This document shows, piece after piece, positions 1 through 9,099 of a stretch of 24,000 bases of DNA; within the stretch, counting starts at the first letter, position 1, and every line of letters starts with the position of its first letter. This DNA comes from Pontiella desulfatans. Its GTDB lineage: Bacteria > Verrucomicrobiota > Kiritimatiellia > Kiritimatiellales > Pontiellaceae. The position numbers and the translations under genes are program-made. Location of the stretch: positions 218,798 to 242,797 of the forward strand of contig NZ_CAAHFG010000004.1 in NCBI RefSeq assembly GCF_900890425.1, in the 5' to 3' direction. The notes beneath the pieces were generated by a model. That model was not told the origin of the DNA. It did not search any database and worked only from the letters and a program-made list of their open reading frames with translations.

Positions 1-1199
1 TCGACCATGGAAAGAACGACCTGGAGCGGGAGGACACGGGCATCTTTGTTCAGTTTCCCGCGGGCGGCTGGGTGTTCGACATCCTGTCTACCCTACGGAC
101 GAAGGAGTTCGGCGCACAAGGCTATTACGGGATTCCCAAGCAGGTGTATGCCGAACAGCGCACCGACGATTTCCTGACTTTTTTCAGCGCCACCAAAGGC
201 GAGCTGGACGATGCCTTTTTCCGCACCAGCGCCAGCCTGCGCGAGTTCGATGACGAATATGCGATTCCTTCGGAGCTGTTTACCAACGAGGTCGTTTCCC
301 GCCACGGCGCGGTTATGGCCGAGGGGCGGACGCTTGAGATCCAGCACATTGCACTCAACCTCCGGGGCGATCTGGAATATGAACGCATAAGCGGGGATGT
401 TGGAACCCACGACCGGCTGCGCGGATCGGTGATGGTATTGCCGGAGGTCCGGTTCGAACGCGTGGTTTTCAAGGCGGGGTTGAATTCGGTGTTCCAATCC
501 GATGAAAGTGCCGAGTGGCTCCCGCTGGCGGGCATCGACTGGCTTGCATCGGACAACGGCACGGTCTACGCGTCCTATTCCGAAACCGAGCGCCAACCGG
601 ATTACGAAACGCTGTATTACAACGGGCCCTACCGCACCGGGAACCCCCTGCTCGAGCAGCAGCACTCGCAGAATACGGAGCTGGGTTTCCGCCAGTTTCT
701 TTCCGCAAGCCTGGATTGGAAGATCGCCGGGTTCCATCGACGGATGGACCATGCATCGGACTGGATAGGCGGGGTGGCGACCGACCTCGGCACGCTGAAG
801 GTGGCCGGCATCGATACGGGCATCGGCTTTTATCCAACGGAAAACGTGCGCCTGACGGCCTACTACCAGTGGGTGCACAAAGACAACGAGCTCACCGGAG
901 GTCTCTACGAAACCGACTATCCGGAGCACCTGCTGAACCTTTCCGCCCAGTGGCGCTTCCTCGATGAATATACCCTTCAATTCGCCCAAACCACGCGCTG
1001 GCAAACCGAGAACCCCGCCCGGACCGGCAGCGATTTTGGAGCCGAGGCGTCGCTGGGCTTGCATTGGGAGCCGCGCTTTGCCAACAATGTCCGCCTTTCG
1101 TTCCTGGTGGACAATCTGTGGGGCTCCAACTTCGAGGCCATTCCCGGCCTCGAACCGCGCCCCACCACCGCCTCCGCCGGGATGGCAGTGCGGTGGTAA
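1..1199 (+). CDS. TonB-dependent-receptor-like outer-membrane beta-barrel, C-terminal part (5' end lies upstream of the window)
   Basis: The frame is open from nt 3 with no stop before the listed GTG at 72, and ends at TAA 1197-1199. The sequence is Gly/Tyr/Asn/Thr-rich with an alternating beta-strand pattern. It ends in an aromatic residue (AGMAVRW), as in OM barrels. Overlapping antisense ORFs are Arg/Pro/Gly-rich GC artefacts. Confidence 0.55.
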   Translation, partial: DHGKNDLEREDTGIFVQFPAGGWVFDILSTLRTKEFGAQGYYGIPKQVYAEQRTDDFLTFFSATKGELDDAFFRTSASLREFDDEYAIPSELFTNEVVSRHGAVMAEGRTLEIQHIALNLRGDLEYERISGDVGTHDRLRGSVMVLPEVRFERVVFKAGLNSVFQSDESAEWLPLAGIDWLASDNGTVYASYSETERQPDYETLYYNGPYRTGNPLLEQQHSQNTELGFRQFLSASLDWKIAGFHRRMDHASDWIGGVATDLGTLKVAGIDTGIGFYPTENVRLTAYYQWVHKDNELTGGLYETDYPEHLLNLSAQWRFLDEYTLQFAQTTRWQTENPARTGSDFGAEASLGLHWEPRFANNVRLSFLVDNLWGSNFEAIPGLEPRPTTASAGMAVRW

Positions 1200-1262
1200 C
1201 TAACCACAAAGACACGAAGAGCACAAAGGCGCACTCGTGGCCAAATTAATTGAGGTTGTAAA

Positions 1263-2363
1263 ATGGGTTTTGAAAAAGGTTCTGTGAGTTTCCGCATGTA
1301 TTTCGCGTCGCGCGATTTGACGGTGGAGGATGTTGATAAGTTTGCCGCGCAGGCGCTGCCGCCGTTGAGCACGCTGGCCGAGGAGGAAGTCCACGGCTGG
1401 GTGGCCGGCCGCCACCTGCTGGACCGCACCATCACCGAGGAAAACGCCTTTCTCGGCGGCTACCTGCGCCTGACCCTGACGCAGGCCAAGAAAAAGGTGC
1501 CCACCTCCCTGCTCCAGGCCGAATGCGCCGTGGAGGAAATGGCCGTGATGGAGGCCGAAGACAAGCAATACCTCAACCAGCAGGCGCGCTCGGAAATCAA
1601 GAAGCAGGTCAAGGAACGTCTCCTGCCCGACATGCCGCCCCAACTCAAGGGCATCGATTTTGTCTTCGACGAACGCTCGCACATGATCTATGCCTCGGCC
1701 ACCTCCGAAAAGCAGGTCGACGCCTTCGTGCTCAGCCTGATGCAAACCACCGGTTGCGGCGCCGAACCGGCCGACCCGGACACGATCGCCGCCAAGGCCG
1801 AAGGGGTCGATATCCAAAACTGGGGGCCGGCCAGCTTTTCGGACGAGCTCGAGGACGGCATGGTGGACGGCACCGCCGGCCGCGAATTCCTGATGTGGCT
1901 GTGGTATTGCTCCGAAAAACGCGACGGCCTCGTGCAGGTTCCGGACGTGGGCGAGATCGCCTACATGGTCGAAGGGCCGCTGACCTTCGTGATGGAAGGC
2001 AAGGGCGCGCACGAGATCACCCTGAAAAAGGGGCAGCCCATGCTTAGCGCCGAACTCAAAAGCGCGCTCATCAGCGGGAAAAAACTGAAGAAGGCCAAGG
2101 TCCAGTTTGCCCGCGGCGAAGAGGTGTTCGAGTTCACGTTCGATGCCGACGAGTTCATCTTCCGCAGCCTGAAGCTTCCGCAAACCGAAAACTTCGACCG
2201 TATCGGCAAGTTCCAGGAGCGCATGGTCTTCATGGAAGCCTTCCGCCAGTGCTTCTTCCACCTCTACCAGGAGTTCGTCAAGGAACGCGACGACGACAAG
2301 ACCTGGAAAAAGACCAAGGAAGCCATGCGCCAGTGGGTCGCCGAGCGCCCGACCACGGCGTAA
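1263..2363 (+). CDS. RdgC-like recombination-associated protein
   Basis: GAGG lies 8 nt upstream of the ATG. The layout resembles E. coli RdgC: N-terminal F..YR-type strand, a GWV motif near aa 45, a basic/acidic helix (KKKVP..., EIKKQVKERLLP), then a D..S..I..S.S.K..D segment. Assigned by recollection of the family pattern only. Confidence 0.55.
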   Translation: MGFEKGSVSFRMYFASRDLTVEDVDKFAAQALPPLSTLAEEEVHGWVAGRHLLDRTITEENAFLGGYLRLTLTQAKKKVPTSLLQAECAVEEMAVMEAEDKQYLNQQARSEIKKQVKERLLPDMPPQLKGIDFVFDERSHMIYASATSEKQVDAFVLSLMQTTGCGAEPADPDTIAAKAEGVDIQNWGPASFSDELEDGMVDGTAGREFLMWLWYCSEKRDGLVQVPDVGEIAYMVEGPLTFVMEGKGAHEITLKKGQPMLSAELKSALISGKKLKKAKVQFARGEEVFEFTFDADEFIFRSLKLPQTENFDRIGKFQERMVFMEAFRQCFFHLYQEFVKERDDDKTWKKTKEAMRQWVAERPTTA

Positions 2364-2367
2364 GGAA

Positions 2368-2385
2368 AAGCTCGTATACGAGCTT
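2368..2385. terminator. Bidirectional intrinsic terminator between convergent genes
   Basis: Perfect 18-nt palindrome AAGCTCGTATACGAGCTT. It is flanked by GGAAAA on the left and GTTTACCTTTT on the right, so both strands have a T-run. It lies between the stop at 2361-2363 (+) and the stop at 2388-2390 (-). Confidence 0.65.
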
Positions 2386-2387
2386 GT

Positions 2388-4010
2388 TTACCTTTTCAAT
2401 TCCTTCTTGAGCAGGCGGACGAATTTTTCGGTCGGCTTGTGCTCGGCGCCCATCATGCAGGCCTGGATCCAATTGCGTTCAAGCAGGTAGTGGCTGCGGT
2501 AGCTGATCAGCACGCCATGCGCCTTGAGCTTGTCGCCGATGGTTTCCGACGAATGGATCTCGGGAAGCGCAATGGTGATGACCGCAGGCATGGCGCAGGC
2601 GTCGGCGGCCAGAATCGGCGCGTCGATTTCCGCGAGCTTGCGGCGGATGGATTTCGACCAGTCGCGGACTTCGGCGAAGCGCTTTTCCCAGTCGTGCGAT
2701 TTAAGTGCGGCGAGCAAGGCGTAGACGAGGTTCGACTGGATGGTGAACGGGATGCCTTCGGCCTGCTGGTAGAGGCCGAGGTCGAGCGCGCAGGGGATAT
2801 CGTCGGGCGCGGGTTCGAAATCGTGGTTGTGGAACACCATGGAGAGCCCGGAAATCGAGGCCAACCCCTTTCCGCTGGTTCCCGAAGCCAGATAGACTCC
2901 GGAAAGATCGACCGCGACGGTGCCGATGGAGCTGATGCAGTCCATGCAGAGCTTGATGCCTTTCTCGCCGCAAACCTGCTTATACATTTCGATGTCGTTG
3001 AGGACTCCGGTGGAGGTTTCGCAGTGGGTTCCCCATACCCATTCGATATCGGGGTGGTCGCGGAGTTCCTTTTCCAGATCGTGGCGCATGAAGGCCTGCC
3101 CCTCGGGGATTTCCAACGTGTGGAAAAAGAGCTTGGCGCCGTTGGCGTTCTTGACGAGCCTGCGCCCGAATTCGCCGCTGACGAGAATGAGGCCGGTCTT
3201 GCAAAGCAACGACAATTGCGCGGCGACGGCGTCGTTGGCCAGCGTTCCGGGCCCCATGAGGATTTCAACCTGCTGCGCCCCGGTGAGGTCGCACAGCAAC
3301 CCGCGGGCTTTCTGGAAATCCTTTACGAAGGCGTCGCCTCGGTGGGAGCAGGGCTTTTCGTTATAGACCTCCTGCACCTGCTTGGCGAAATCGACCGGAC
3401 CGGGCAGGAAGTTGAAGAGCAGGGTGTCGTCGTTGGCCAGCTCCGGCTCGTCCTTGGCGAAGGAGCGGGAGCGCCCTTTCAGGTCCTTGTAGGCCTCGAG
3501 CGTGAGATACATGGGCTGGTATTGCGCATCCTCGGTGCCGACGAGGGGGCCGAAGGGAACGAAACCGAGGAACTTGTAGAGCTTGATCTGGCGGACGGTG
3601 CCGGAAATCACGGCGAGGTCGTGCCCGCAGTCGATGGCATGCTGGACGAGCGTGGCGATGAGCCCCTGGGAGATGCGGGTGTAGCGGAACTCCTCCTCGA
3701 CGGCGAGCAGGCGGATTTCGCACAGCGACCGGTCCGGGGGGAGGTAGGAATCGAGGTTGTCGAGCTTGCGGTCGAGCGAGAACGGGCGCTCGTCGCGAAA
3801 GGCGATCATACCGGCGAGGATTCGTTTTTCCTGATGAACGCAGATGATGTAGGTGTTCTGCTCGTGGAATTTATCGGCCAGCATCTTGTCGCGGTTGGGT
3901 TCGTGCTGCGGGATTTCCTCCACGAAGGTTTTATAGTTCAGCGCATGGACTCCCTCGATTTCCCAAGGTTGTTCCGCGATCTTGAAGATGAATCCATCGA
4001 GCAAACCCAT
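2388..4010 (-). CDS. Fusion protein: N-terminal GNAT-type N-acyl/acetyltransferase domain plus C-terminal class-V (AGXT/PhnW-like) PLP aminotransferase domain
   Basis: The N-terminal ~175 aa show GNAT-like features (EIRLLAVEEEFRYTRISQGLI...YKFLGFVP). The remainder resembles class-V aminotransferases (GPGTLANDAV, CETSTGV, candidate PLP lysine in ASGTSGKGLAS). A strong AAGGAGG SD lies inside the plsY 3' end. The ATG at 4008-4010 directly abuts the plsY stop. Confidence 0.7.
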   Translation of the reverse strand: MGLLDGFIFKIAEQPWEIEGVHALNYKTFVEEIPQHEPNRDKMLADKFHEQNTYIICVHQEKRILAGMIAFRDERPFSLDRKLDNLDSYLPPDRSLCEIRLLAVEEEFRYTRISQGLIATLVQHAIDCGHDLAVISGTVRQIKLYKFLGFVPFGPLVGTEDAQYQPMYLTLEAYKDLKGRSRSFAKDEPELANDDTLLFNFLPGPVDFAKQVQEVYNEKPCSHRGDAFVKDFQKARGLLCDLTGAQQVEILMGPGTLANDAVAAQLSLLCKTGLILVSGEFGRRLVKNANGAKLFFHTLEIPEGQAFMRHDLEKELRDHPDIEWVWGTHCETSTGVLNDIEMYKQVCGEKGIKLCMDCISSIGTVAVDLSGVYLASGTSGKGLASISGLSMVFHNHDFEPAPDDIPCALDLGLYQQAEGIPFTIQSNLVYALLAALKSHDWEKRFAEVRDWSKSIRRKLAEIDAPILAADACAMPAVITIALPEIHSSETIGDKLKAHGVLISYRSHYLLERNWIQACMMGAEHKPTEKFVRLLKKELKR

Positions 4011-4601
4011 TTATGCCTCCTTGGGGGGTAGTGCCTGGGCGAACGCCTTGCGGAGGCGCTCGCGGTGCGCGAAAAGTATGATGACCGAAGCGCCGGCCAG
4101 GGCAGCCACCGTGTGGCCGGGGAGCTCCACCGCGTAGGCCACCAGCGGCAAAAGTGAAAACGCCGCCAGCCCGCTAAGGATGAATCCGCGGCGGAACACC
4201 ATCAGTACCCCGGTGAGCACGAGCAACAGCAAGGCAATGAAGGGATCGTAGGCGAGATAGGCGCCGATGGCGGTCGCAATGCCGCGCCCCCCGCGGAACT
4301 GCAACGGCAAGGGCCAGATGTGGCCGGCAATGACCGCAACCAGCACGAGCGAAACCGCGGGTTCGGCAATCTCGAACCTACGGGCGAGCATGATGGCCAC
4401 AAGACCTTTAAGGGAATCGCCCAGCATCGTGACGATGAATCCTGGCTTGCCCAGCACCCGACCGACATTGCGGGCGCCAACCCCGCCGCTTCCGCACTCG
4501 CGGATATCCAGCTTTTCCTTGAACCGGACCAGATAATAACCGGTGCAGATTCCGCCTAGCAGATAGGCGACCAGGATACAGATGATGTCTTTGCCAGCCA
4601 T
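4011..4601 (-). CDS. plsY: Glycerol-3-phosphate acyltransferase PlsY (acyl-phosphate dependent)
   Basis: 196 aa polytopic membrane protein with PlsY motifs: GSGGVGARNVGR (GSGN.GATN-like), KG. and HIWP. GGGGAG SD upstream. Confidence 0.85.
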   Translation of the reverse strand: MAGKDIICILVAYLLGGICTGYYLVRFKEKLDIRECGSGGVGARNVGRVLGKPGFIVTMLGDSLKGLVAIMLARRFEIAEPAVSLVLVAVIAGHIWPLPLQFRGGRGIATAIGAYLAYDPFIALLLLVLTGVLMVFRRGFILSGLAAFSLLPLVAYAVELPGHTVAALAGASVIILFAHRERLRKAFAQALPPKEA

Positions 4602-4633
4602 GTCACACTCCCCAGTATTGGCATAGTGTTAAC

Positions 4634-4661
4634 ACTCTAACAGCGCACGAATCTTTTTCAA
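4634..4661 (-). promoter_or_regulatory. Sigma70-like promoter for plsY with an overlapping 12-bp palindrome
   Basis: On the minus strand: TTGAAA-N16-TAGAGT. The perfect palindrome AGTGTTAACACT (4625-4636) overlaps the -10/+1 region. The start codon is about 26 nt downstream. Confidence 0.35.
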
Positions 4662-4683
4662 CGCGCAATTGAAGATTCTTGGC

Positions 4684-6228
4684 CTAGCTCCCTGCCGTTT
4701 TGTGGCGGACTGCGGATTCGTACATCATTTCGTAGTTGGACTTTCCAACCTCGATGTTGGTGCGCTCGCGCAGGGCGGCATCGAGGCGGATCATCTGGAA
4801 CACCCCGTCGGCGAAGTCAAGGCCGGTCTTGGTGCAGCGGAAATAGTTCGCGTCCGCGAGTTTGAATTTAAGGATGAGGCGCAGGAGCCAAGGCGCCTTT
4901 TTCAACAAGCGGTCGACCTGCTCCCGCTTGTCCATGCCGGCGCTGTTTGCAAACCGGGCGTAGACATCGGGGGCCTTGAGCTTGTAGTCGGGATCCTTGA
5001 GCTTGAGGTTGTAGCGTTCCGGAAACTGGTCCATGCGGGAATTGGGCAGGAGGGAGAAGGGGCCGAAGACCACCATGCCCGGCTCCATTTCGACGAGCAG
5101 CTCAATGAGCCGGTCGATATCCGCAACGGTTTCGTTGGGATTGAGCAGCATGAAGCTCCAGCAGGAATGTATGCCGACGCGCTTGCACATGGCCTCGGTT
5201 TCACGCATGACGTCGAGGTGGGGCTTGCCATACATTTTCTGCGTGCCCTCGTTCGCGCTTTCGCCTCCGAAGAAGAGGCTGACGCAACCGCTTTCGTGCG
5301 CTTGGCGGAGGGTCTCCTCCGCATAGTAGGGGCGGAGGCCTTTCCAGGTTCCGGGCCGGGCGTAGCCCGTCCACTCAATCCCTTTGCCGGCAAACAGTTC
5401 GCTGAGCATCTCCATGCGCGAGGTGGGGTAGATGGAGGGATCGGTGACGACCATGTGGCGGAAGCCGAGTTCGTATGCCCGGTTGATTTCCTTTTCGATC
5501 TGGTCGCGCTCCTTCGTTCGCCGTGTTTCATACATGGCGGGCATTTCGCAGAAGGGGCAGCGGTAGGCGCAACCGCGCGAGGTCTCGATGTAGGCCACCG
5601 GAATCAGGCCTTCATTGATTTCGAAGTCGGGGATGGGCAGCAGGCTGAGGTCTTCGAGCACGGCCGGTTTTTTTGAAAGGTGCAGTTTGCCGGAGGAATC
5701 GCGGCAATAGATGCCGTCCGCCGCAGGATCTTCGCGATCAACCATGGCTCCGATTTCATCCGCATTGCCTTCGTGGCGCAGGATGGTTTCCAGGGCAATT
5801 TCGCCCTCGCCATAGACGAGGAAGTCGACGTAATCCGCGAAGCGGCCGCCCGTTTTTTTGGCCTTTGCGAGACGGTAGAAATCCTCCCGGAGGTTCCCGA
5901 GGCTCGGCCCCCCGACGATCACGGTCTTTCCGGGGAGCGTTTCCTTCAGGCGCTGGGTGGCTTCCTGCACGGGGAAGTGGCTGGAGAAACTCAGGTAGAA
6001 CCCGACGGCATCATAGTCGAACGCGGCCTTCAGCAAGCCCGCGACCCCGCCCCTATCCAAATCAAAGATGCCAACGCGGAACCCCTTGTTCTTGAGCCAG
6101 GAACTCAGCACCGGGATGGAAGGTTGCGGAAGATCCCGCACCATGTGGTAGCCATTGATTTCGTCGGCCTTGAAGAAGGCCTCCGCTCCGCCGACTATCG
6201 ATTTGACCAATAAAAGACTGTTCGCCAT
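4684..6228 (-). CDS. B12-binding-domain radical SAM enzyme (class B rSAM), substrate unknown
   Basis: Contains the CxxxCxxC motif (SRGCAYRCPFCEMP), preceded by a Rossmann-like N-terminal domain (VGFYLSF..., TVIVGGP, LVYGEGE) typical of the B12-binding rSAM architecture. GGAGAGG SD upstream. Confidence 0.8.
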   Translation of the reverse strand: MANSLLLVKSIVGGAEAFFKADEINGYHMVRDLPQPSIPVLSSWLKNKGFRVGIFDLDRGGVAGLLKAAFDYDAVGFYLSFSSHFPVQEATQRLKETLPGKTVIVGGPSLGNLREDFYRLAKAKKTGGRFADYVDFLVYGEGEIALETILRHEGNADEIGAMVDREDPAADGIYCRDSSGKLHLSKKPAVLEDLSLLPIPDFEINEGLIPVAYIETSRGCAYRCPFCEMPAMYETRRTKERDQIEKEINRAYELGFRHMVVTDPSIYPTSRMEMLSELFAGKGIEWTGYARPGTWKGLRPYYAEETLRQAHESGCVSLFFGGESANEGTQKMYGKPHLDVMRETEAMCKRVGIHSCWSFMLLNPNETVADIDRLIELLVEMEPGMVVFGPFSLLPNSRMDQFPERYNLKLKDPDYKLKAPDVYARFANSAGMDKREQVDRLLKKAPWLLRLILKFKLADANYFRCTKTGLDFADGVFQMIRLDAALRERTNIEVGKSNYEMMYESAVRHKTAGS

Positions 6229-6279
6229 TTCAGAAACCTCTCCGGGAATGTCCCCCCGCCGTTCACCAACATCTTAACT

Positions 6280-7896
6280 TCATACAAGGTTGTAGCGGCC
6301 GGGCGCGATAATATTGTTGGGATCGAGCACCTTTTTAAGATCGCGAACCGTTCGCCAGAACGGATCGTCTTCCCGGACTGTCCGCTCCATCGAGTTGATA
6401 CCCACCCGATACGGGGGATAGCCCATTTCAGTGTAGCGCGCCTCCATCTCCCTAATGCACTCATGCGCCTTCGCCGCCCGGGCAGCGTCGCGGCGGTCGA
6501 AGGAGAGGCTCACAACGCCCTCCACCGCCTTGGCGTTGATCAGGTTGACCGTTATCCCGGCCTCGAACCCATGCTTGGAAAAGGTTTCGCGCGTGGCCTG
6601 CACAACCTGCCGCACGGCCTCGCCCGTCGCCGGGATGATCGGGCAGCAAAAGAGCAGGCCGCAATTGGAGTGGTCGGGGTCGATCTCGTCCAGGTGCTGG
6701 AAATCGCCGGCCGACCAATAGAAACATTTCAAGGCGACATCCGTGGTTTCGCAGCAGGTGAGTCGATAGATCGGTTCAACCGCCTTGAGCATCATGAGCT
6801 GTGTGCGGACGGCGGGAATAAAGGTCAGCCTTTCCGCAATCCGTTTTGCCACATCCACGACGACATCGGAGAGGAACATGGTTTTGGCGAAGCCCCCGAC
6901 CGCCTTATGGATCTCCTTTTTCGCCAGCTTGAGCTGCCGCTTGGTGCCGAGGACCCCCAGCGAAGTGCTCCATGGGCCAAAGCCGCCCTGCTTCAGCATC
7001 TCGAGGGCCTTGGCCCGGGTCGCCTCGCCTTCCGGCTCGCCGGTTGCGGTCAATTCGTCGTAGAGCAACGGCGCGAGGGTTGCGTAGGTACGTTCGCGGC
7101 TCCCGATATGCGCAATGGTGTTCACCACCCCGCCCGAGCGCAACGCAACCAAGGCATCGATGAGCCGGGGAAAATCTTTTTCGTCGGCAATCTTGATGAT
7201 GGCCGCCATATGGCTTTCGGGTTTCGGCATGAGATCGATGCAAGCCGATGTGACGATGCCGAAGTTGCCTTGCGGAAACAAACCGGAGAGGTCGGGGCCC
7301 ACGCCATAACGGTATAGGTTTTGCGTTTTCGCCCCTTCGATGTGACCGAAACCGGTCTGGATCGTCTCCCCGTTTCCCAGCACCACCGTCAAGTTCGAGA
7401 AGCCTTCGGCACGGGGCTGGAAATAGCCAACGCCGCGGTCCATGGCATTGCCGATCAAGCTGGTGTCGGATGTCGATCCCGTCACGTTGAAGATGAGCGG
7501 AAGGTTGTTTTCCCTGATATGGTCCAACAGTTGCCGTTGCGTTACCCCCGGCTCGACGACCGCGTAGTGGTGCCGCGTGTTTACCTCGATGATCCGGTTC
7601 ATCCCGGCCAAATCGACAATGGCCGCCCCGTCCTTCACCGGAAGGCGCGAGCCCATGCCCCACTGCTTCCCGCAGCTGATCGGATATAGCGGCACCTTGT
7701 ATTCGTTCGCAATGGCCACAATACGCTGCACTTGTTGCTGCGTTGCGGGCTTCAGGACGGCAACAACATCGCGTTTGGAGGCACAGACCGTGCGGGTGTA
7801 GCTGGCCAGCTCCGTTGATTCGTGGATGACGGCATCCGCCCCCAACTCCCGCCTCCAGGTTTGGATGGCGGATTGCACGGAAGTGGGACTCGCCAT
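6280..7896 (-). CDS. FAD-binding oxidoreductase of the VAO/PCMH (vanillyl-alcohol oxidase / 4-cresol dehydrogenase) type
   Basis: The N-terminus has the PCMH-type FAD-binding pattern (VVAVLKPATQQQVQRIVAIANEYKVPLYPIS.G...G). It also carries YGVGPDLSGLFPQGNFGIVT and a C-terminal LDPNNIIAPGRY motif. Its start lies 3 nt after the upstream gene's stop. Confidence 0.75.
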   Translation of the reverse strand: MASPTSVQSAIQTWRRELGADAVIHESTELASYTRTVCASKRDVVAVLKPATQQQVQRIVAIANEYKVPLYPISCGKQWGMGSRLPVKDGAAIVDLAGMNRIIEVNTRHHYAVVEPGVTQRQLLDHIRENNLPLIFNVTGSTSDTSLIGNAMDRGVGYFQPRAEGFSNLTVVLGNGETIQTGFGHIEGAKTQNLYRYGVGPDLSGLFPQGNFGIVTSACIDLMPKPESHMAAIIKIADEKDFPRLIDALVALRSGGVVNTIAHIGSRERTYATLAPLLYDELTATGEPEGEATRAKALEMLKQGGFGPWSTSLGVLGTKRQLKLAKKEIHKAVGGFAKTMFLSDVVVDVAKRIAERLTFIPAVRTQLMMLKAVEPIYRLTCCETTDVALKCFYWSAGDFQHLDEIDPDHSNCGLLFCCPIIPATGEAVRQVVQATRETFSKHGFEAGITVNLINAKAVEGVVSLSFDRRDAARAAKAHECIREMEARYTEMGYPPYRVGINSMERTVREDDPFWRTVRDLKKVLDPNNIIAPGRYNLV

Positions 7897-7899
7897 GGT

Positions 7900-9090
7900 T
7901 TAGGCCTGAACCAGGGAATCGGGGCTGGAGAAGTAGCCCAGGGCCGTATGGGCCTGCGGCACGCGGACGGAAACGATGGTTCCTTCGCCCACCCGGCTTT
8001 CGAACTGGAGCGAGCCGCGATGCTCCTCAATCACCTTTTTCGTAATGAAGAGCCCGAGCCCCGCACCTTTTTCGATGGTTGCCGTGTTATCGAATGGCTC
8101 GAAAATCCAGCGCAGGCTCTGCGCATCCACCCCGCACCCGTTGTCCTTGACCTTGATATCAATATCATTGTTGCTGATTGCAAACAGAACAACGATGCAG
8201 GGGGAAGATTGCTGGTCCAAGGCCTCGACGGCATTGTCGATCAGATTCTGGAGCGCCCGCTTGACCTGCAGCCGCTCACCCAGCATTTCATACTGGTCTT
8301 CAATGCCCTCGACCTGCACCGAGAATGAAATGTCGGAATGGGCCGCGGCATCGCGGAAACAATCGTTGATCAGCTTTGGAAGGTTCAGGCGCTGAAGCTG
8401 CGAGAAATCGAAGCGCCCCAATGCCCGCCAAGACTCCACCAACTCGGCGCAACGCTCAACGTTGGTTTCAATTTGGTCGAGATATTCGTTCATCTCATCG
8501 GAGGTGGATTCCTGCTTTTCCTTCAGCTCATAGTTGAGCAGGTCAAGGTAGCCGCGGATAATCGTGAGCGGATTCCGCAAGTCCCGAACCAGCTCGGAGG
8601 AGGCCGCCCCGAGCGAGGTCAGCTTGTTGGTCTTCCCGACCTCGCGGCTGAGCGACTGCGTCATCTTGTTCAGCTCTTCCTGGGCCTGTTTCTTCCGCGA
8701 ATGCAGCTTTGAGCGATCAACATATTTTTTAACAACCGCCTGGATTTCGTCGGTATCGAACGGTTTCTGGAGATAGTCGTTGGCGCCAAAGCGGATCGCC
8801 TGCTGGGCCGTGTCCAGGTCGCCGTAGCCGGTCAGCATAACAATGGAGACATTGGGGTTGATTGCACGGATTTCCTGCAACCCCTCGATGCCGCTCTTTT
8901 CCGGCATCCGGATATCCATGATCACGAGATCGGGTTCCTGCTCCCGGAGCAGCTCGACCCCGGCGTCCACGCGATCGGCCAGAAACATGTCGTAATCGTA
9001 CTTGAGCACCATCCGCAGGCTTTCGCGCGGGCCGCGCTCGTCGTCGATCACCAACACCGTTCCCAACTTTTCCTTCGTCTCCGCAATCAT
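7900..9090 (-). CDS. Receiver (REC) plus histidine-kinase-like hybrid lacking the phospho-acceptor His
   Basis: The REC domain is canonical: VIDDE, LVIMDIRMP, MLTG, QKPF. The HATPase_c domain is intact: N box QNLIDNAVEA, DNGCGV, IFEPF, GAGLGL. The H-box reads SSELVRDLRNPLT, with Arg (CGG, 8584-8586) where His is expected. Confidence 0.8.
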   Translation of the reverse strand: MIAETKEKLGTVLVIDDERGPRESLRMVLKYDYDMFLADRVDAGVELLREQEPDLVIMDIRMPEKSGIEGLQEIRAINPNVSIVMLTGYGDLDTAQQAIRFGANDYLQKPFDTDEIQAVVKKYVDRSKLHSRKKQAQEELNKMTQSLSREVGKTNKLTSLGAASSELVRDLRNPLTIIRGYLDLLNYELKEKQESTSDEMNEYLDQIETNVERCAELVESWRALGRFDFSQLQRLNLPKLINDCFRDAAAHSDISFSVQVEGIEDQYEMLGERLQVKRALQNLIDNAVEALDQQSSPCIVVLFAISNNDIDIKVKDNGCGVDAQSLRWIFEPFDNTATIEKGAGLGLFITKKVIEEHRGSLQFESRVGEGTIVSVRVPQAHTALGYFSSPDSLVQA

Positions 9091-9099
9091 GGTAGTTTC

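Noticed and set aside
1200-2261. Long antisense or alternative-frame ORFs throughout the window (for example 1200-2261 -, 2439-4031 +, 4669-5676 +, 6463-7317 +, 13570-14196 -, 15534-16307 -, 18205-19188 -, 19746-20510 -, 21614-22324 -, 22719-23849 -)
   Set aside because: They lie entirely inside better-supported genes on the other strand or frame. They have Arg/Gly/Pro/Ala-rich low-complexity translations typical of high-GC shadow ORFs, and they show no recognisable motifs or SD sequences.
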